A stretch of 64,000 nucleotides of DNA from Camelus dromedarius. Lineage: Eukaryota. This document shows positions 25,953 to 39,018 of the stretch, one piece after another. Below the pieces are notes generated by a model, which was not told the origin of the DNA, did not search any database, and saw only the letters and a list, made by a program, of their open reading frames with translations. The first letter of the stretch is position 1. Each line of letters starts with the position of its first letter. Location: positions 108,316,001-108,380,000 of the forward strand of contig NC_087437.1 of assembly GCF_036321535.1 (NCBI RefSeq). The letters are read 5' to 3'. The position numbers and the translations under genes are program-made.

Positions 25953-26359
25953 AAGTTTATATCTGAGTGCAAAACCATTTGCTAATAAAGGGCCCAGGCT
26001 TGTATATAAATCAATTATCACCACTCATGCAATCCTTCCTTCAAAGGAGAAAATAAAATTACTAATACAAGTATTAGTTCTTATTAGAATTATGTTAGAA
26101 TCATACTATAATGCTGCTTGCAGTACAAAGGAACACTCTAATATATGTTCTTACCCAAAACAAGTGTTACCAAAATAAGAATCCATTCTCCTCTAAAGAA
26201 CTGAAAGACATTGATTCTGTGAACTCCAGCTAATGAAGCTTAATAATAATAACAGAAAAATAAAAATAATTAATTTAATTTGCCAAGGACCATAGAAAGT
26301 GTTTCACACATGTTTTCTAGTTCATTCCTCACAACCGCCCTCAATGTAGAGACATTGAT

Positions 26360-26995
26360 GGGTGCTGATTCTTCCTTGCTTTAATTTTTCTTCCTTTCTA
26401 ATAAAACCTTCCTTTTTTCCTGATGTTCACTGTCTTCCAAAGAGCTCGGATTTCATTCATTTAGTTATGATAATCCCACCACCCTTGCAAGTGAGGGAAT
26501 CAGGAAAGGACATGTAACACAACTATGGCTAATTTTTTGTGATAGACTCTGATAAAGGGGTTTCTGGAAGTTTCCTGACACATTATTTTAGTTTGTTAAG
26601 GCTGTCATAACAAAGCACCACAAGCTGGGTGGCTTAAATAACAGAATTCTATTTTCTCACATTCCAAGATCAAGGTGTCAGCTGGGTTGATTTCCTCTGA
26701 GGCTTCTCCTCTTGGCTTGTAGGTGTCCGTCTTCTCCTCCTTGTGTCTTCACGTGGTCTTCTCTCTGTGTCTGTGTCCTACTCTCCTCTCCTTATGAGGA
26801 CACCATCCATGTTGGATTATGTCCCACCTCAGTGACCACATTTAACCTTAATTGCTTCTTTAAAGAGCCTATCTCTAAATAAAGCTACACTGTGAGGTTG
26901 TAGGGATTAGGAGTTCAACATATGAATTTTAGGGAGACACCATTTAGCCCATAACACACCTGAAAAGAGAAACCCAGAAAAAGATCTTCTCTACT
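26360..26995. mobile_element. LTR33/LTR16-like ERVL LTR, interrupted by MLT1A and truncated at ~26995
   Basis: taatcccaccacccttgcaagtga...aggaaaggacatgtaacacaactatggctaat...gtttctggaag; resumes after the MLT1A with cctgaaaagagaaacccagaaaaagat. Confidence 0.5.
26584..26956 (-). mobile_element. MaLR solo LTR, MLT1A/MLT1A0-like
   Basis: ggctgtcataacaaagcaccacaagctgggtggcttaaataacagaa...gggagacaccatttagcccataaca; near-TSD cacat/cacct. Confidence 0.9.
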
Positions 26996-27009
26996 TAATT
27001 ATTATAAGG

Positions 27010-27184
27010 TTGTTAAACTGTATAGCACAGGGAACCATAATCAATGCCTTGTGGTAACCTATGGTGAAAAAGAATACGAAAACGAATATATGTATGTTCC
27101 TATATGACTGAAGTGTTGTGCTGTATACCAGAAGTTGACACAACATTGTAAACTGACTATACTTCAATAAAAATATATAATAAG
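27010..27184 (+). mobile_element. LINE-1 3' terminal fragment
   Basis: actgtatagcacagggaac...gacacaacattgtaaactgactatacttcaataaaaa, followed by AAAAGGACATGAAA (27185-27198). Confidence 0.9.
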
Positions 27185-27332
27185 AAAAGGACATGAAAAA
27201 ACATTAACAAGACTTTATGATGATAGGACAAGGGGGCATCTGTGGGCATGAGGAGTCAATGAGTTTATTCCAGAAAAGTGAACAAAGGACATGTGTTACA
27301 AACGTGTAAAGAAAGTTTTGGAAGAAGACAAG

Positions 27333-27461
27333 CCCTTTTCTCCACACCCTCTCCAGCATTTATCATTTGTGGACTTTTGAAGGATGGCCATTCTGACTGG
27401 TGCAAAGTGAAACCTCATTGTAGTTTTGATTTGACTTTCTCTGATAATTAGTGATATTGAG
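27333..27461 (-). mobile_element. LINE-1 ORF2 C-terminal fragment
   Basis: cccttttctccacaccctctccagcatttatcatttgtggacttttg...ctgataattagtgatattgag is the reverse complement of L1 at ~42130-42257; followed by TTTCATGTCCTTTT (27462-27475). Confidence 0.9.
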
Positions 27462-27992
27462 TTTCATGTCCTTTTACAAAAAAAAAAAAATTCTTTAATC
27501 TACCTCCTGGCTTTCCTTTTCTGAAATGGAATAACAGAAATAAACATGGAAAGCCTATTTCTCAGGCTTTAAAGAACACATTCCTAATAATTAGAATTAC
27601 AAATTTCTTTCCTTTTTATTGTATCCAAATCCTTCAGGTTAATACTATGTTGACTCCAATCAGGAATGTCTCATAGTGTGAAGTCAGCGTCAACATCAAT
27701 TTCCACCTGGTACCAGGAAGGACAGCACCTAACTCAGGTGTGATGGATGAATAACAGCTGACTGAGCAGCAATCACTTGGTCCACACCACAGTGAAGCAA
27801 TGTGTTAAGGGATCCTACTCTAGTGGAAGGATTCTGGAATCTAGATGACTCACTCAGCACGTAGCTTCTCTGCCTGACTTTCTAAAGATGTGTGCCTTGT
27901 TCTATTTTCTAATTTACTTTAATCCAATTTTGTTGGAGGGAACATATTTCCCCAGTGGCATTTTACTTTGCAGTTGACCGTGGCATGACTAC

Positions 27993-28492
27993 TGTGGGAG
28001 ATTGTGTTGTTGACCCCAATGAATGGCCTCTATCTACACCCATTGCAATGTGACTTTGCAGTTCCTCCCATCAAAACCTGGTGTCTATTTCCCTTGTACT
28101 TAAAACAGGACTGGCCTTGTAACTTGCTTTCACCAATAAATGTCATGTGGTAAATGTGACAGTGGGTCACTTCTGAGCCAGACCTCAAAAGGCTTTATAT
28201 ACTTTCATTCTCTTGGGATACCATCAAGCCTGCTGGAGGATGAGACCACATGGAGCAGAGAACAGCCATGTCAGCTACAGACATCTTCAACCAACCAACC
28301 CCCATCCACCCCGCCATATTACTGCAGATGCATGAGTGAGCCCAGCCAAGATCAGCTGAGCTTGGCCCAACTCAGCAGAACCACCCAGCCGATCCTAAAA
28401 TTATGTGCAAAGATACGTGTTCATTTTTACATATCATTGCAGTCTTGGGGTTCTTTATTATACACACTAGTATAGTGTAAATAACTGCTACA
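27993..28492 (+). mobile_element. MaLR solo LTR, MLT1G/H-like
   Basis: TG start; tgtgactttgcagttcctcccatcaa, ctggccttgtaacttgctttcaccaata, gatgcatgagtgagcccagccaagatcagc; ends ataactgctaca. Confidence 0.85.
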
Positions 28493-28912
28493 GGCCCATT
28501 TCTAACAACTGATTCTTGACTTGCAAATGAATAATAACAGCCAGTGAAGCTCAAGTGTAAGACTAGTTAATTGCCAGTTTTCACAGATTTACCTCACTGG
28601 CTGTATCCACTCTACTTCCTAGCCTGGTAACTCTGCCAGGCTGCATTCTGTCACAGACCTGATCCATGAAAGCTTGTGCTGTTACCAAGCGAAGCTTTGA
28701 TCTGAAGGGTATGTTCTTTAGCAACAGGAATGAGAATAATCACTGTTCCAGTAGCAGCACAACAACTGGTTGGAAGATGAAAGCTTTACTCACAAGTTAA
28801 AATAAGCAGCTACCTCTCCTCACTTTTTTCATGGAGGCCAAAAATCCAAGGGGCTGGATTGTCCAGCTTTGAAAATTGCTCACTAAAAACAGAGGCTTCA
28901 GAGAGATAAGAC

Positions 28913-28955
<43 letters not shown>

Positions 28956-28956
28956 A
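28913..28956. repeat. (TAAA)11 microsatellite
   Basis: Direct reading. Confidence 0.95.
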
Positions 28957-31500
28957 AATCAAAGCGAAAGAAGAACCTCTTTCATTTGGGATGAATGCAA
29001 GTTAACTGCCTCTGAGTCTTGTAAACAAAAGGCCAGTCTGCTTAAGTAAATTACACAGGTCACTTGGATAAAAGCAGGGCCAGCAAGGGCTGAGCTGAGG
29101 GGAGTGTGAGGGAAATTCAGGGAGTCTTCCTTCCTGGCAACTTGATGAAGGATTTCTGACATAACAGCAGCGTGTGCTAGTGCTGGCTTCCTGGGAAATT
29201 AGAGTCGGTGAAGAAGAGAACAAAAGGTGTAGAGGCGGAAGACATGATCTAAAAAGGAAGAGTGATGTACAAAAAGGATGATGGGTTAAAATGGAAAGTC
29301 AGGTGACCTCATCCCATTATCTGAAAGTAAACACACTAAAATGAATAAACCACTCAAAATTAGATTTTCTTATACAGTTGAGGGCAAATACTGCCTAAAT
29401 ATATCGGATACACTAAGATCAGAATGTACACAAAAAGTTTAGCCATTTAGGGAAGGAGTCATCGAAGAGTAGATCAGTTTAGTAAACTGTAAACTCTTCT
29501 ACTGGCCTCTGGGCTATGGGAAGATTACAGTCATGAGACTCTTACAGCTTTCTGACATCATCAAGGCTCACAGGTAACCCCCACTTTGACACACCAGACT
29601 GATGCTCAGTACACAAGCCAGCTCACTCTGAGTTGCTGGAGTCCTGTCACCGCAGGGAGTATCTGTTGCTATTTCGGAGTCCTCTCTGCCATCAGCTAAA
29701 GATGGAACACAATCCAGCCAGCTCATTCTCTTGTTGTCTGCCTTAAAAACTGGGCCATGAGTTAGATGCCTGAATAGAGAACCACTTCTCAACTTCAGGA
29801 AGCTTTGTAAACTAAGACAGTAAAGGACTTGACATAGTATCTCTAAATACAGTTCATCAAAGTTATAAAATCTAAGATATAAATTCAAGATCTGATATTT
29901 TATTTAAAAGATATATGGTGATAGTCCTATACCATGATCAATTTCATTTACTTCATCTTTTTCCCTTTCCATGGTGAATAATTCTTGTATTCAGTGTGGA
30001 CTTTTTTCCAGTTAAAAATACTTATTTATTTTAAATTTTACTATAAAACTGTAAAAAATAGAGCATAATATTTCATGTAAATAGGGGCATGTTTAGATCT
30101 ATCACAAAGCTAAAATCATAATTTTTTGAGAAAATTTATAATTGGGTCTTACAAGATCCATTTTAAGTATGAATCTTTTCTTACTGACATTGCATAACTA
30201 ATTCTGAGATCAGACTTTGTATTTTTATTAATTTTGTGCAAATTATCTAGTTATGTAAGGAATTTTTAAAAAACCTTTTTTATCCAGAGTATTTCTGTAT
30301 CCTCTTTAAGAATTTATTATTGTCTCTTTGGATAAGAACATATCTATGACTATGGAAGTTAAAACAAAAAAATTTTAGATTGTTTTTTCCCTTCTTGAGC
30401 AAAAACATTTTTTTTTCTATTTTAAATAGTGTCCTTGTCTGTATGGAGCCCTTCTGTTTCTTACTTGACAAGAGAATTCAGCTGCTAGACACTAAAGAAG
30501 AAACTAAAATTTTACTCCAATATTTTGTTCCTGAGTTGATTCAGATAATCAGTCACACATACTTCCAAAAGCAGGCACTAAGTTTTCCCATGTACAGCAA
30601 TGAGGCGTCATTTTAGAATCCTATCAAATTTTAAAATTGCCTGAGGCTACACTAAAGGATATATATGTGACGGGCTATGTAATGAGCTTCCTTCTCCTTT
30701 TGCAGTATAAGTGTAAACACTCTGAAAAGGAGAACACTGACACATGGCATTAAATAGAAACATCCCAGGCAATTCAGGTTTCTGTGGGGTCCTCCTTTAA
30801 GCCAAAAACCTTTCATCAAGGCAGTGGACTGGGTAGGAACATGTTTCACTTAATACCTTGGTGGTTAATACTATGTCCTAATAAAATTCTCCAAAATTAT
30901 TTCTCCAGAATTAAGTCATCTAAATAAGAGAGGAAAAGCTGTGTTGCAAGTGACTATTACATCATTCATTTCTCTATTGTTAGATAAGTATTTCTGGATC
31001 TCACTTATAGAATGATAGACTGTGCAAATGATAAAATGATACAAATGTACAAATTTAATAGATGGAATAAATGAATTTTTGCAAGATAATAAGTCCAGTT
31101 CAATTGATATATTAAACATAGTGAACATTCATATTTGAGTGTATGATTATATGGAAAATGAGAGATTGGATCATTTTTTAAGCTCAGGAAACAATAAAGA
31201 GAAGCTAATATTAAAAATAAATATTTATCTAAATTATCTCAAATGGATTAAAATTACACTATTTAGGCCACATCTTCTATTTCAATTTGTCTATGTTTAA
31301 AAAGAGAAAGAAAGCTAAATGTGACATTCAAAATTTCAAATAAAAAATATTTGGAATTTCCTAGGGAGTGATATACTTTTCTAAAAGCCTGAATAGTTCT
31401 TGCTTATGTAATCAAGTAATAAGAGAAAATCTTAACCATCTCTATTCAGCTTTAAGATTAAAAGTCTGATTGTGTGACTATTTGGTTAGTGAAATAGGCA

Positions 31501-31590
31501 GATGATGGATGGATGGATGGATGTTTGGATGGATGGATGGATGGATGGATGTTTGGATGGTAGGACGGATGGATGGATGGATAGATAGAT
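31501..31590. repeat. Interrupted (GGAT)n/(AGAT)n microsatellite
   Basis: Direct reading. Confidence 0.95.
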
Positions 31591-33928
31591 CACATTAAAG
31601 TAAAACTTGGCAAATAACCCAAATTCAGTTTCTGCAAATCAATAAATTATATGACACATGTCTTCAAAATAGAATTTGGGTTTATTTGACCCATTTATGA
31701 ACATTCTAGAGTCCTCAATTTAATGGTTCAATCTCGATGTTTCTTGTCTTCTTGAGGCTGATCAACCAAAGTGTGAGTTTATTTCTATTGTTTAGTCAAG
31801 AATAACTGATCTGAGACCCTTGAGATCTCCCTCATCTGCCCTCTAAATGCACATACAAATGGTTATAAGTGAAGAATGAGACCAGGAGTCCCTTCCTCTT
31901 GCTTTTCTCTTAGCTTAGAGAGGCAAGGAAACTCCCACTCAAACTTTGAGCTTTTGCTTTCTTAGTCCCATGGGTGAGAGGTTGTTAATCAGATTATAAG
32001 AGCCAGGACATTCACTGGACCCTGTTCAACTGGGAGGGAAGCGGTGTCAGGTTTGGAGGTAGTTGTCTTAAAGGGGGGAGCCTCTCAGACTTCACTTTCT
32101 GCCTTTTGAGTCTCTAAAAAGATCAGTCACTTTACCCACCAATCCCAGTGGGAGGACGCCTAAATATTCTCCTCCAACTCCTTATACTGTATCTCCCTTC
32201 CATATGGCTTAGAAAATATTTCTTGCATTTCTGGTCAGGCTAGAACATCTCTCCTGGGCTCCTAGCTATCTATGCCATCGGACACACTGGTGCTATCCAA
32301 TGCACAATTAACAACATCATCCACAAGTGGCCACCATGTTATTTTTGATGAAAATTTCCACAGATGCTAAACAATATCTATAGATATAGATATTGATTTA
32401 ATTTTTTCACCTGCATATATCCTGTAAAATTTTAGATCTCTCAAATTACATATCGTTACTTTTTATCATAGCATCTACTATGTATCTTGGAATAGATGTT
32501 GGGAATATGAGGTGCGGTTTGGTTCACATTTCCTAACTCACCCTGCCTTCCCTACAAATTCTCAATCGAGTATTGGAATCTGTATCATAAGGCCCTATGC
32601 TAGGCTTTCTATGCACCTGCTTTCTAATTAAGAATAGCTCAGCTGCAGAGGAGACCAACCCTGGGAATACTCACAGCCTCTGAGAAAAGAGAATAGTACG
32701 GAGAGGGTGAGCAAGGCGATCAGACTGACCCCAAAAGAGCCCTACCTGGCCTATCTTTTTTCTAGATGACAATCACAACCACAGTTTGCTAAAGTAATAT
32801 TCAAAAAATATGACTCTAAACATCCAAGTTGCCTGTCAAAACAATGTGTATCTGAGCTGGTCATTGAGGTTATTTTGTCAAGTCATTGTTAGTTAATGAT
32901 GAAAAGAGTTCTCATTTTTAGACAAATCTTCACTTACTGAGTATTGTATATATGTATATGTATGATTTGCATGGTAGAGAATATCATGAGTAATTCAACT
33001 TTTGTGAAGAAAAATGCCAAGTCATTTTCAATATCAGCAAATTTTTTTGCAGGTTAGAACTACCTCTGAATAAATTATTAAAAACAGCTAATTTTTCAGA
33101 GACAAACACTTTTTCTGGAATAACTGTGTTGGAAGACCAGAATGCCATCTTTTAGAAGAGGTTTGTATTTCAGCAGAGTATTAAAGTTCTTGTTTAAGAC
33201 ATATTCTTGTAGCAGACCATGTTTGGCTATAACTTAGATAACACTATTGTTCAGGCTATCTAAATAAACAGCTCATAACAAAAGGATGAAGTTAGGGTAC
33301 AGAAATATGCAGAAAAGCACAAGCCAATGGGAAAGTGAAAATAGTCATTGAGGACTTCAAGAATATTTTTTCTGAACACAAAAAATGTTGGACAGAAACA
33401 CATCCATTTTTCTTTCTTAAATAGAAAAGGAGTATCTGTTTTATGTTATTTTTCTCTCAACATGCATTTCATAAATTCTGTAATGGCTCTGGTATGAGAA
33501 TCATCTGTACATAAATTAAAATAAATTTAAATTAAATTTTTCAAAAACAAGGCAATCATTTTTTGAACTGCATCCTGGTTTATATGGTAGTTATTATTTT
33601 TCCAGGAAAATTACTAAGATGTTTAATTCTGAAAATAGCGATAAGCAAATGAGATCAATAAATCAAGTATGCATCAGGATTTTCTGTGGTGTAGTAGACT
33701 TTACATGGGTGTGGTGCACTGGAGGGGTGGAATTACAGAATATTTAAAAAAGGCCAACGACCCACAAGTAACTATCATGGTTTAATTCAGACAAAAAGAA
33801 ATAAGCATGAGAAAAGTGATGCCTAGCTCAAGATAAAGGGAACAAGGAATCCCAAGGATGACACCCAAATGGGGTTTCTTCATTTTCAAAATGGAAAAGT
33901 TCATTCTAGATTTTCCTCTTTAGATGGT

Positions 33929-34180
33929 CATATTGGTTTCCTACCACTGCTATAATAAATCAACACAAGCAATGGCTTATAGCAACACGGATTTATCATC
34001 TTGTAGTTCTGGAGGTTAGAGATCCAAAATAGGTTTCACTGGAATTAAATCAAGATGTCAGTAGGGCTGGTTTCTTCTGAAGGTTCAAGTGAGCACCTGT
34101 TCCCTTTCTTTATCCAGATTCTGGAAGTTATCTGCATACCTTGTATCATAGTCCCTTCCTCCATCTTTAAAACCAGCAGC
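33929..34180 (-). mobile_element. Partial MaLR LTR, MLT1C/D-like
   Basis: ttgtagttctggaggttagagatccaaaataggtttcactggaattaaatcaagatgtcag...cccttcctccatctttaaaaccagcagc; truncated on the right. Confidence 0.85.
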
Positions 34181-34671
34181 CTGATAATAAAACAGTCTAC
34201 ACATAGATTAAGTGAAGAATGAAAATCCCTACGGAAGTGGTAGTTCTCATCAAAGCTTGACCCCTCAGGTGAAATAGAAGATTTAATATAAGCACACAAG
34301 ACATTTTAAAAGTGGATTCGGTCAAAAATTATATGGTTTTAAGAAATTATTTTGCACTATGGGTGAGAGGAATCCCCAAGTAATTTCTGACTCCAGTGTA
34401 GGAATTTTGGATTTTATCTGAAGATGGATAACTATGGCACACATTTAAACAGATGGAAACTCTCCAGAAGAAATAAAATTAGAAATATGTGTTTCCCTTA
34501 TTACCACAAGAAGAAGTTAAGTAACTTCTGCTCTAAACAGAAGCCCTGATAATTCCTTCTTTAAACATGATAATAGTCTGTAGCAACAATGCATTAATGT
34601 AATATCTGAATGCATGGGTAGGGATATTTTACTCTAAATTTGGGTAAACCACATAGGTAAAGGTGGGTCCC

Positions 34672-35178
34672 TCTATTAGTGTCCTGATGCTGCATAACTA
34701 ACAAATTGCCCCAAGATTTAGTGGCTGAAATCAACAAATATTTATCATTTCAATCTCTATGGGTCAAAAATTTGGAAGCAACTTAGCTAAGTGATCTCTC
34801 AAGTCTGCAATCAAGGTGGTGATTGGAGCTGCAGTCATCTCCAGACTCAACTGAAGGAGAATCCACTTCCAGGCTCACTCACATAGCAGTTGAAGGGACT
34901 CAGGATACTTGTTTTTGAGTTCTTTCTCAGTTTCTCATGGGCACTGACTTCATCCAGAGTGAGCTATCCAACAGGCAACAAGAGAGCTTCCAAAGGGGGA
35001 AGATAAGGTCCTTTATAACCTACTTTCATAAGTGACCTCCATCACTTCTGTCATTTTCTATTTATTAGTAGCAAAACAACATATCCCAGCCTATATTCAG
35101 TGAGTGGGAATTACACAAGGGTATACATACTATGACAGTGGAGAATGTTGGGGACCATCTTAGGGGCTACGTACCATA
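34672..35178 (-). mobile_element. MaLR solo LTR, MLT1F-like
   Basis: tgctgcataactaacaaattgccccaagatttagtggc...gagaatccacttccaggctcactcacat...ggggaccatcttaggggctacgtaccata. Confidence 0.85.
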
Positions 35179-35276
35179 ATCTCCTTGAAGATATCTCTTT
35201 CTAAGTTCATCTTGCTAAGTGCAAAGATTTTGGTAATTGGTTAAGAGCTAATTTTTTAAAGATTAATGTTTGTGTC

Positions 35277-36028
35277 TGTCATAGATAAACAGCCAGGCAT
35301 TAGTTAAAGTCATAAGGATGGATTTTAATTCATAATATACTATTGCAATAGGGAAGGGGGTTCAGTGTGAACTGAACTTAACTTCAATATGTACACAGGT
35401 GACCAGGTATTTTGAACAGAGAATGAGGGAGTAGGGAGGGCGTGAGAGGGGTGCTCAGTAGAGTAAAGGAAGTGAAAACTTACAAACTATGGATCAATGT
35501 GAATGCCAATTAGGCCAACTATTTCTGATAGATGGTCATTATCAAGGTTAAGATTCTACTTTCCTACAGATACTGGAAAACATAGGCCCTATTCTCCCTG
35601 AAGACTATGGTTTAAATGAATGGCTTCCATTTCCTTGAGAAGGACACTGTCTTGAATTACAACAGATGCACATACATCTCAAAGGGACAGAGGAAGAACT
35701 CACAACTATAAACCTCTTTTAGTAAATACTCTAAGGTTGGTCAGGGGCCTACGATCGGGTGTTGGCTAGAACAAATAGTCAATGATTTTTGTGTCCTTGG
35801 GCTTCCTAAGGCAGGCACTTTAAAGGGGACTAGGTTCCTCCTAGGGATTTGATCTTGAGCTTTTAGAAACTATGTTAGTGTTTCTTTAAGTCTTTCAGTG
35901 TTGGGTAGCAGGTGGATGAAATAATTTATTTTCAGTGTGTAGTTTTTATAGACCAAGATTAAGGCCTAGTCAAGAAGAGGGCTCAGAGGAGACTGGCTAG
36001 AGTTTGGTCAAGGAGAGAATCTTTGTCC
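35277..36028 (-). mobile_element. ERV1 solo LTR, MER31/MER67-like
   Basis: Minus strand begins xGACAAAGATTCTCTCCTTGACCAAACTCTAGCCAGTCTCCTCTGAGCCCTCTTCTTGACTAGGCC (MER31/67 signature) and ends ...TATGACA; 4-bp TSD TGTC at 35273-35276 and 36029-36032. Confidence 0.85.
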
Positions 36029-37019
36029 TGTCCATATAATGAGATTTTAAACACATTCATTCTTCATGGAGACCCAGTTACCAAGCTCATTAATATAAAA
36101 ATCTAGTGGTACCTGAATCATAGTGGTGAAAACAAAATCCTTCTATGCTACTCAGTTCTCCTTCGACGGCTGGAATCCACCAGCTAATCTATCAGCTTCT
36201 TGCTCACTCTTGGATTTGTTGCTCAGGAGCTTCTGTGACTCTCGGTACCCCAAAACGTAGAATCAATTCATCTGCCGATTTGGCCAGGAGTAGGAGCCAG
36301 CTGGCTAAGCTCACTATTCTCTGGACCAGGAAGAACCCAGAGCATAGTCTCTCCAAGACAGCCAGCCAGGCCCCAACAAACCAGCCAGAAATCTCTGAAA
36401 ATTTCCAGAGCTGGCCAGCTAGGCTGGACATCTGAGTTCCAGAGCCAGGGACCCTCAAGCTACATTCCAAACCCACAAGGCCAACTCCCACTCTGCGATG
36501 GAACTCTAATTTTCCATTTTTGGTCTTCTTCTGATATCTTTGAAAGATCAAGACTGACCGGTTGTAACAGGATTAGAATTAGATTTTGTGTTGTTCAAAC
36601 TTTTCTAGCGTATATAGTTCAATGCATTTTCCAAACCAGATTTTTTTTTTATTAAAAACAGTCTAGCAAGATTCTGGATCTTCCAGCATTTAGTTCCATA
36701 CAACTGAGTAAGAACACATGTGGGAAAAAACCAATTTAGAAAATAGTTGAAGAACTATGTGATAGAATGAGATGTGGTGGCAGCAGCATTACTATTTCTA
36801 TTATTTGTTGTTGATATTTCTAATATTTCCCATGACATATTATATCACAAAAAGCTGAGTATATTTTAGTTTTTCTTTTTTCTTTTTCTTTTCTTTAATT
36901 TTTAAGCTTTTGAGTGCTTACAATAAGCAGTCATTTTGGAAAAGTTAAGTTTTTTATATAAGCTTTGGGACAAAATGATGATGAAGTGTAGTAATGTTAT
37001 TGGTGAGGCAATATGTCTT

Positions 37020-37180
37020 AAAGATCACGTGAGACCTTTTTCCAGGTGTCCCTGAGCATCAATTTACTTATTTTTGAATTCATACTAACCTTACACAGGA
37101 TTGTAAGAAAGAAATGAAATCCCTTTCATGAAACTCCTAGCATAAGATCTGTTATATAACAAATACAAAATTAATACCTG
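37020..37180 (+). mobile_element. MIR remnant
   Basis: ccctgagcatcaatttacttattt...accttacacaggattgtaagaaagaaatgaaat. Confidence 0.55.
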
Positions 37181-37959
37181 TTTCTCTTGTTGGAAATGTT
37201 ATTAATTTTTCCTCCTAGATGTTTCTTTAGAAGAAATATAGGGGAAACTTTTAGATATTTCATGTCTTAATCTTCAAACTATTATCCTATGACAACTTTG
37301 CAATACTGAATGCAAATTTAATCCTTTTGGGTAGATTGGTGGAGACTGAGTTGTTTCTCTTTGTCCCTTTTTTCAGTGGATGATTTGGTCTAAGATAAAG
37401 AATTTTTAGTTGAGTGTCTCCTATAGAAATTAGCAGGAAAAAATTCATTTATGTCTTTAATATGATGAGGATTACTCTCTCCTTTGTGAGAGATCTGAAA
37501 TGCTTATTCTTTACAAGATGTCATTAATCCTCTTTATTCTTTTATGTCCTGGAACTGACTTATATTAGCAGAATCCCCAAAGATGACGAAGCAAAGAGGA
37601 AACTGTCCAATCAATTAAATACAATGAACATTTGCTATGTGCAGGTCATTGCCTTAAATTGAGTGAGTGATACACTTCAAATAAAAAGAGAAGAGGGACA
37701 AAAATAATTTAGGGAGCTGAGCAGTAGTTCAGAAGAGGAAATGCCAAATACACATTCAGGAACTGAGATTAGATGATTTGGGCTGAAACACATGGTTTAT
37801 GTATAAAAGAAAATGACAACATGCTTTCTCATTTAGCTATCAACTCTGTTCTCTCTTTGGCCATTCATTGCCAGGCAAAAGCTCTGCCAGATTTCTCAAA
37901 TGGATTTTCTACGCCCATTACATCTATTTCCTCTCCACCTACTTCCCCCTTCACCCCCT

Positions 37960-38810
37960 GTGGTTTGCTTTCCATTTCCAACAACGTGCTAAGTTTGTGC
38001 TTATAAAGGTCACCAACGACTTGATTATTGCCATATCAGGTGACCTCCTGGTTTCTATTCTACAGGACTCCTTCAATGTATTTGACATTTTCTCGTAATG
38101 GTCTTTTACCTTGGCTTTTATGACACAGACTTAACAGTCTTTTCTCTTGCCTTCTCTCTGCTTTCTGACTATTCCTAGCTATTTTTCCTGGCTTTCTTCT
38201 TCAGCAATGTCTGTGCATATTACCTAAATCGAAATGTCTGTCCCTTGGATCTTTTCCCCACATAGTGTTCTGCCTTAGTATGCAGAACTATATCTTACCA
38301 AATATTGCTTTTATGCTGCTCAATCCTAAAATCCTTCTGTGGTTCATCTCCACATTGATGTACTGCATCCTCATTAGCCCTTCATGCAGTAGCCCTACTA
38401 TCTCTTCCATTGTCGTAATCTGACAGTATTCTCACACTTATCTGCTGCTCCCAACCTTCTGTCCTATATACAGTTATCAAAATAAATAAATATATGCTAA
38501 GTAATCCGTATTTTCTCATGTCACACAGATTTTGTGTGTGTGTACTTCTCTCCACTTGGAATGACCTTCTTCATCCTGCGCAGCTCTTTACATCTGCTAG
38601 TTGTTTAAGACTCAGCTCAAATTTCTTAATATGTACATATTCCTACATCCCCTATATTTGAAGACTAGTGCTCCTCTTTCCTCTACATTAAGAATTGATT
38701 TTGGAGACTCAATCTCCCCTTACAGGTTGTGGATACTTTAAAAAGACAGTCTTTGTCTCCAATGTCCAGCATAATTTCTAACCTACCATACACAATCAAA
38801 ATATCATTGT
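37960..38810 (+). mobile_element. L2 LINE
   Basis: aaggtcaccaacgacttgattattgcc...atttgaca...ttggcttttatgacac; ttggaatgaccttc...aagactcagctcaaat. Confidence 0.65.
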
Positions 38811-38819
38811 TACATTGAG

Positions 38820-39018
38820 ATAGGTTCCCTTATAACAACTTTGTTGAGAGTTTTCATCATAAATGAATATTGAATTTTATTAAATTTTTTTCTGCATCTA
38901 TTGAGATGATCATACGGTCTTTATCCTTTATCTTGTCAATATGGTATATCACATTGGTTGATTTGCATATGTTGAACCATCCTTGCATCCCCAGAATAAA
39001 TCCCATTTGATCATGCTG
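38820..39018 (-). mobile_element. Isolated LINE-1 ORF2 reverse-transcriptase-region fragment
   Basis: ORF 38857-39072 contains [43 protein letters not shown], matching L1 [21 protein letters not shown]...[13 protein letters not shown]. Confidence 0.92.
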
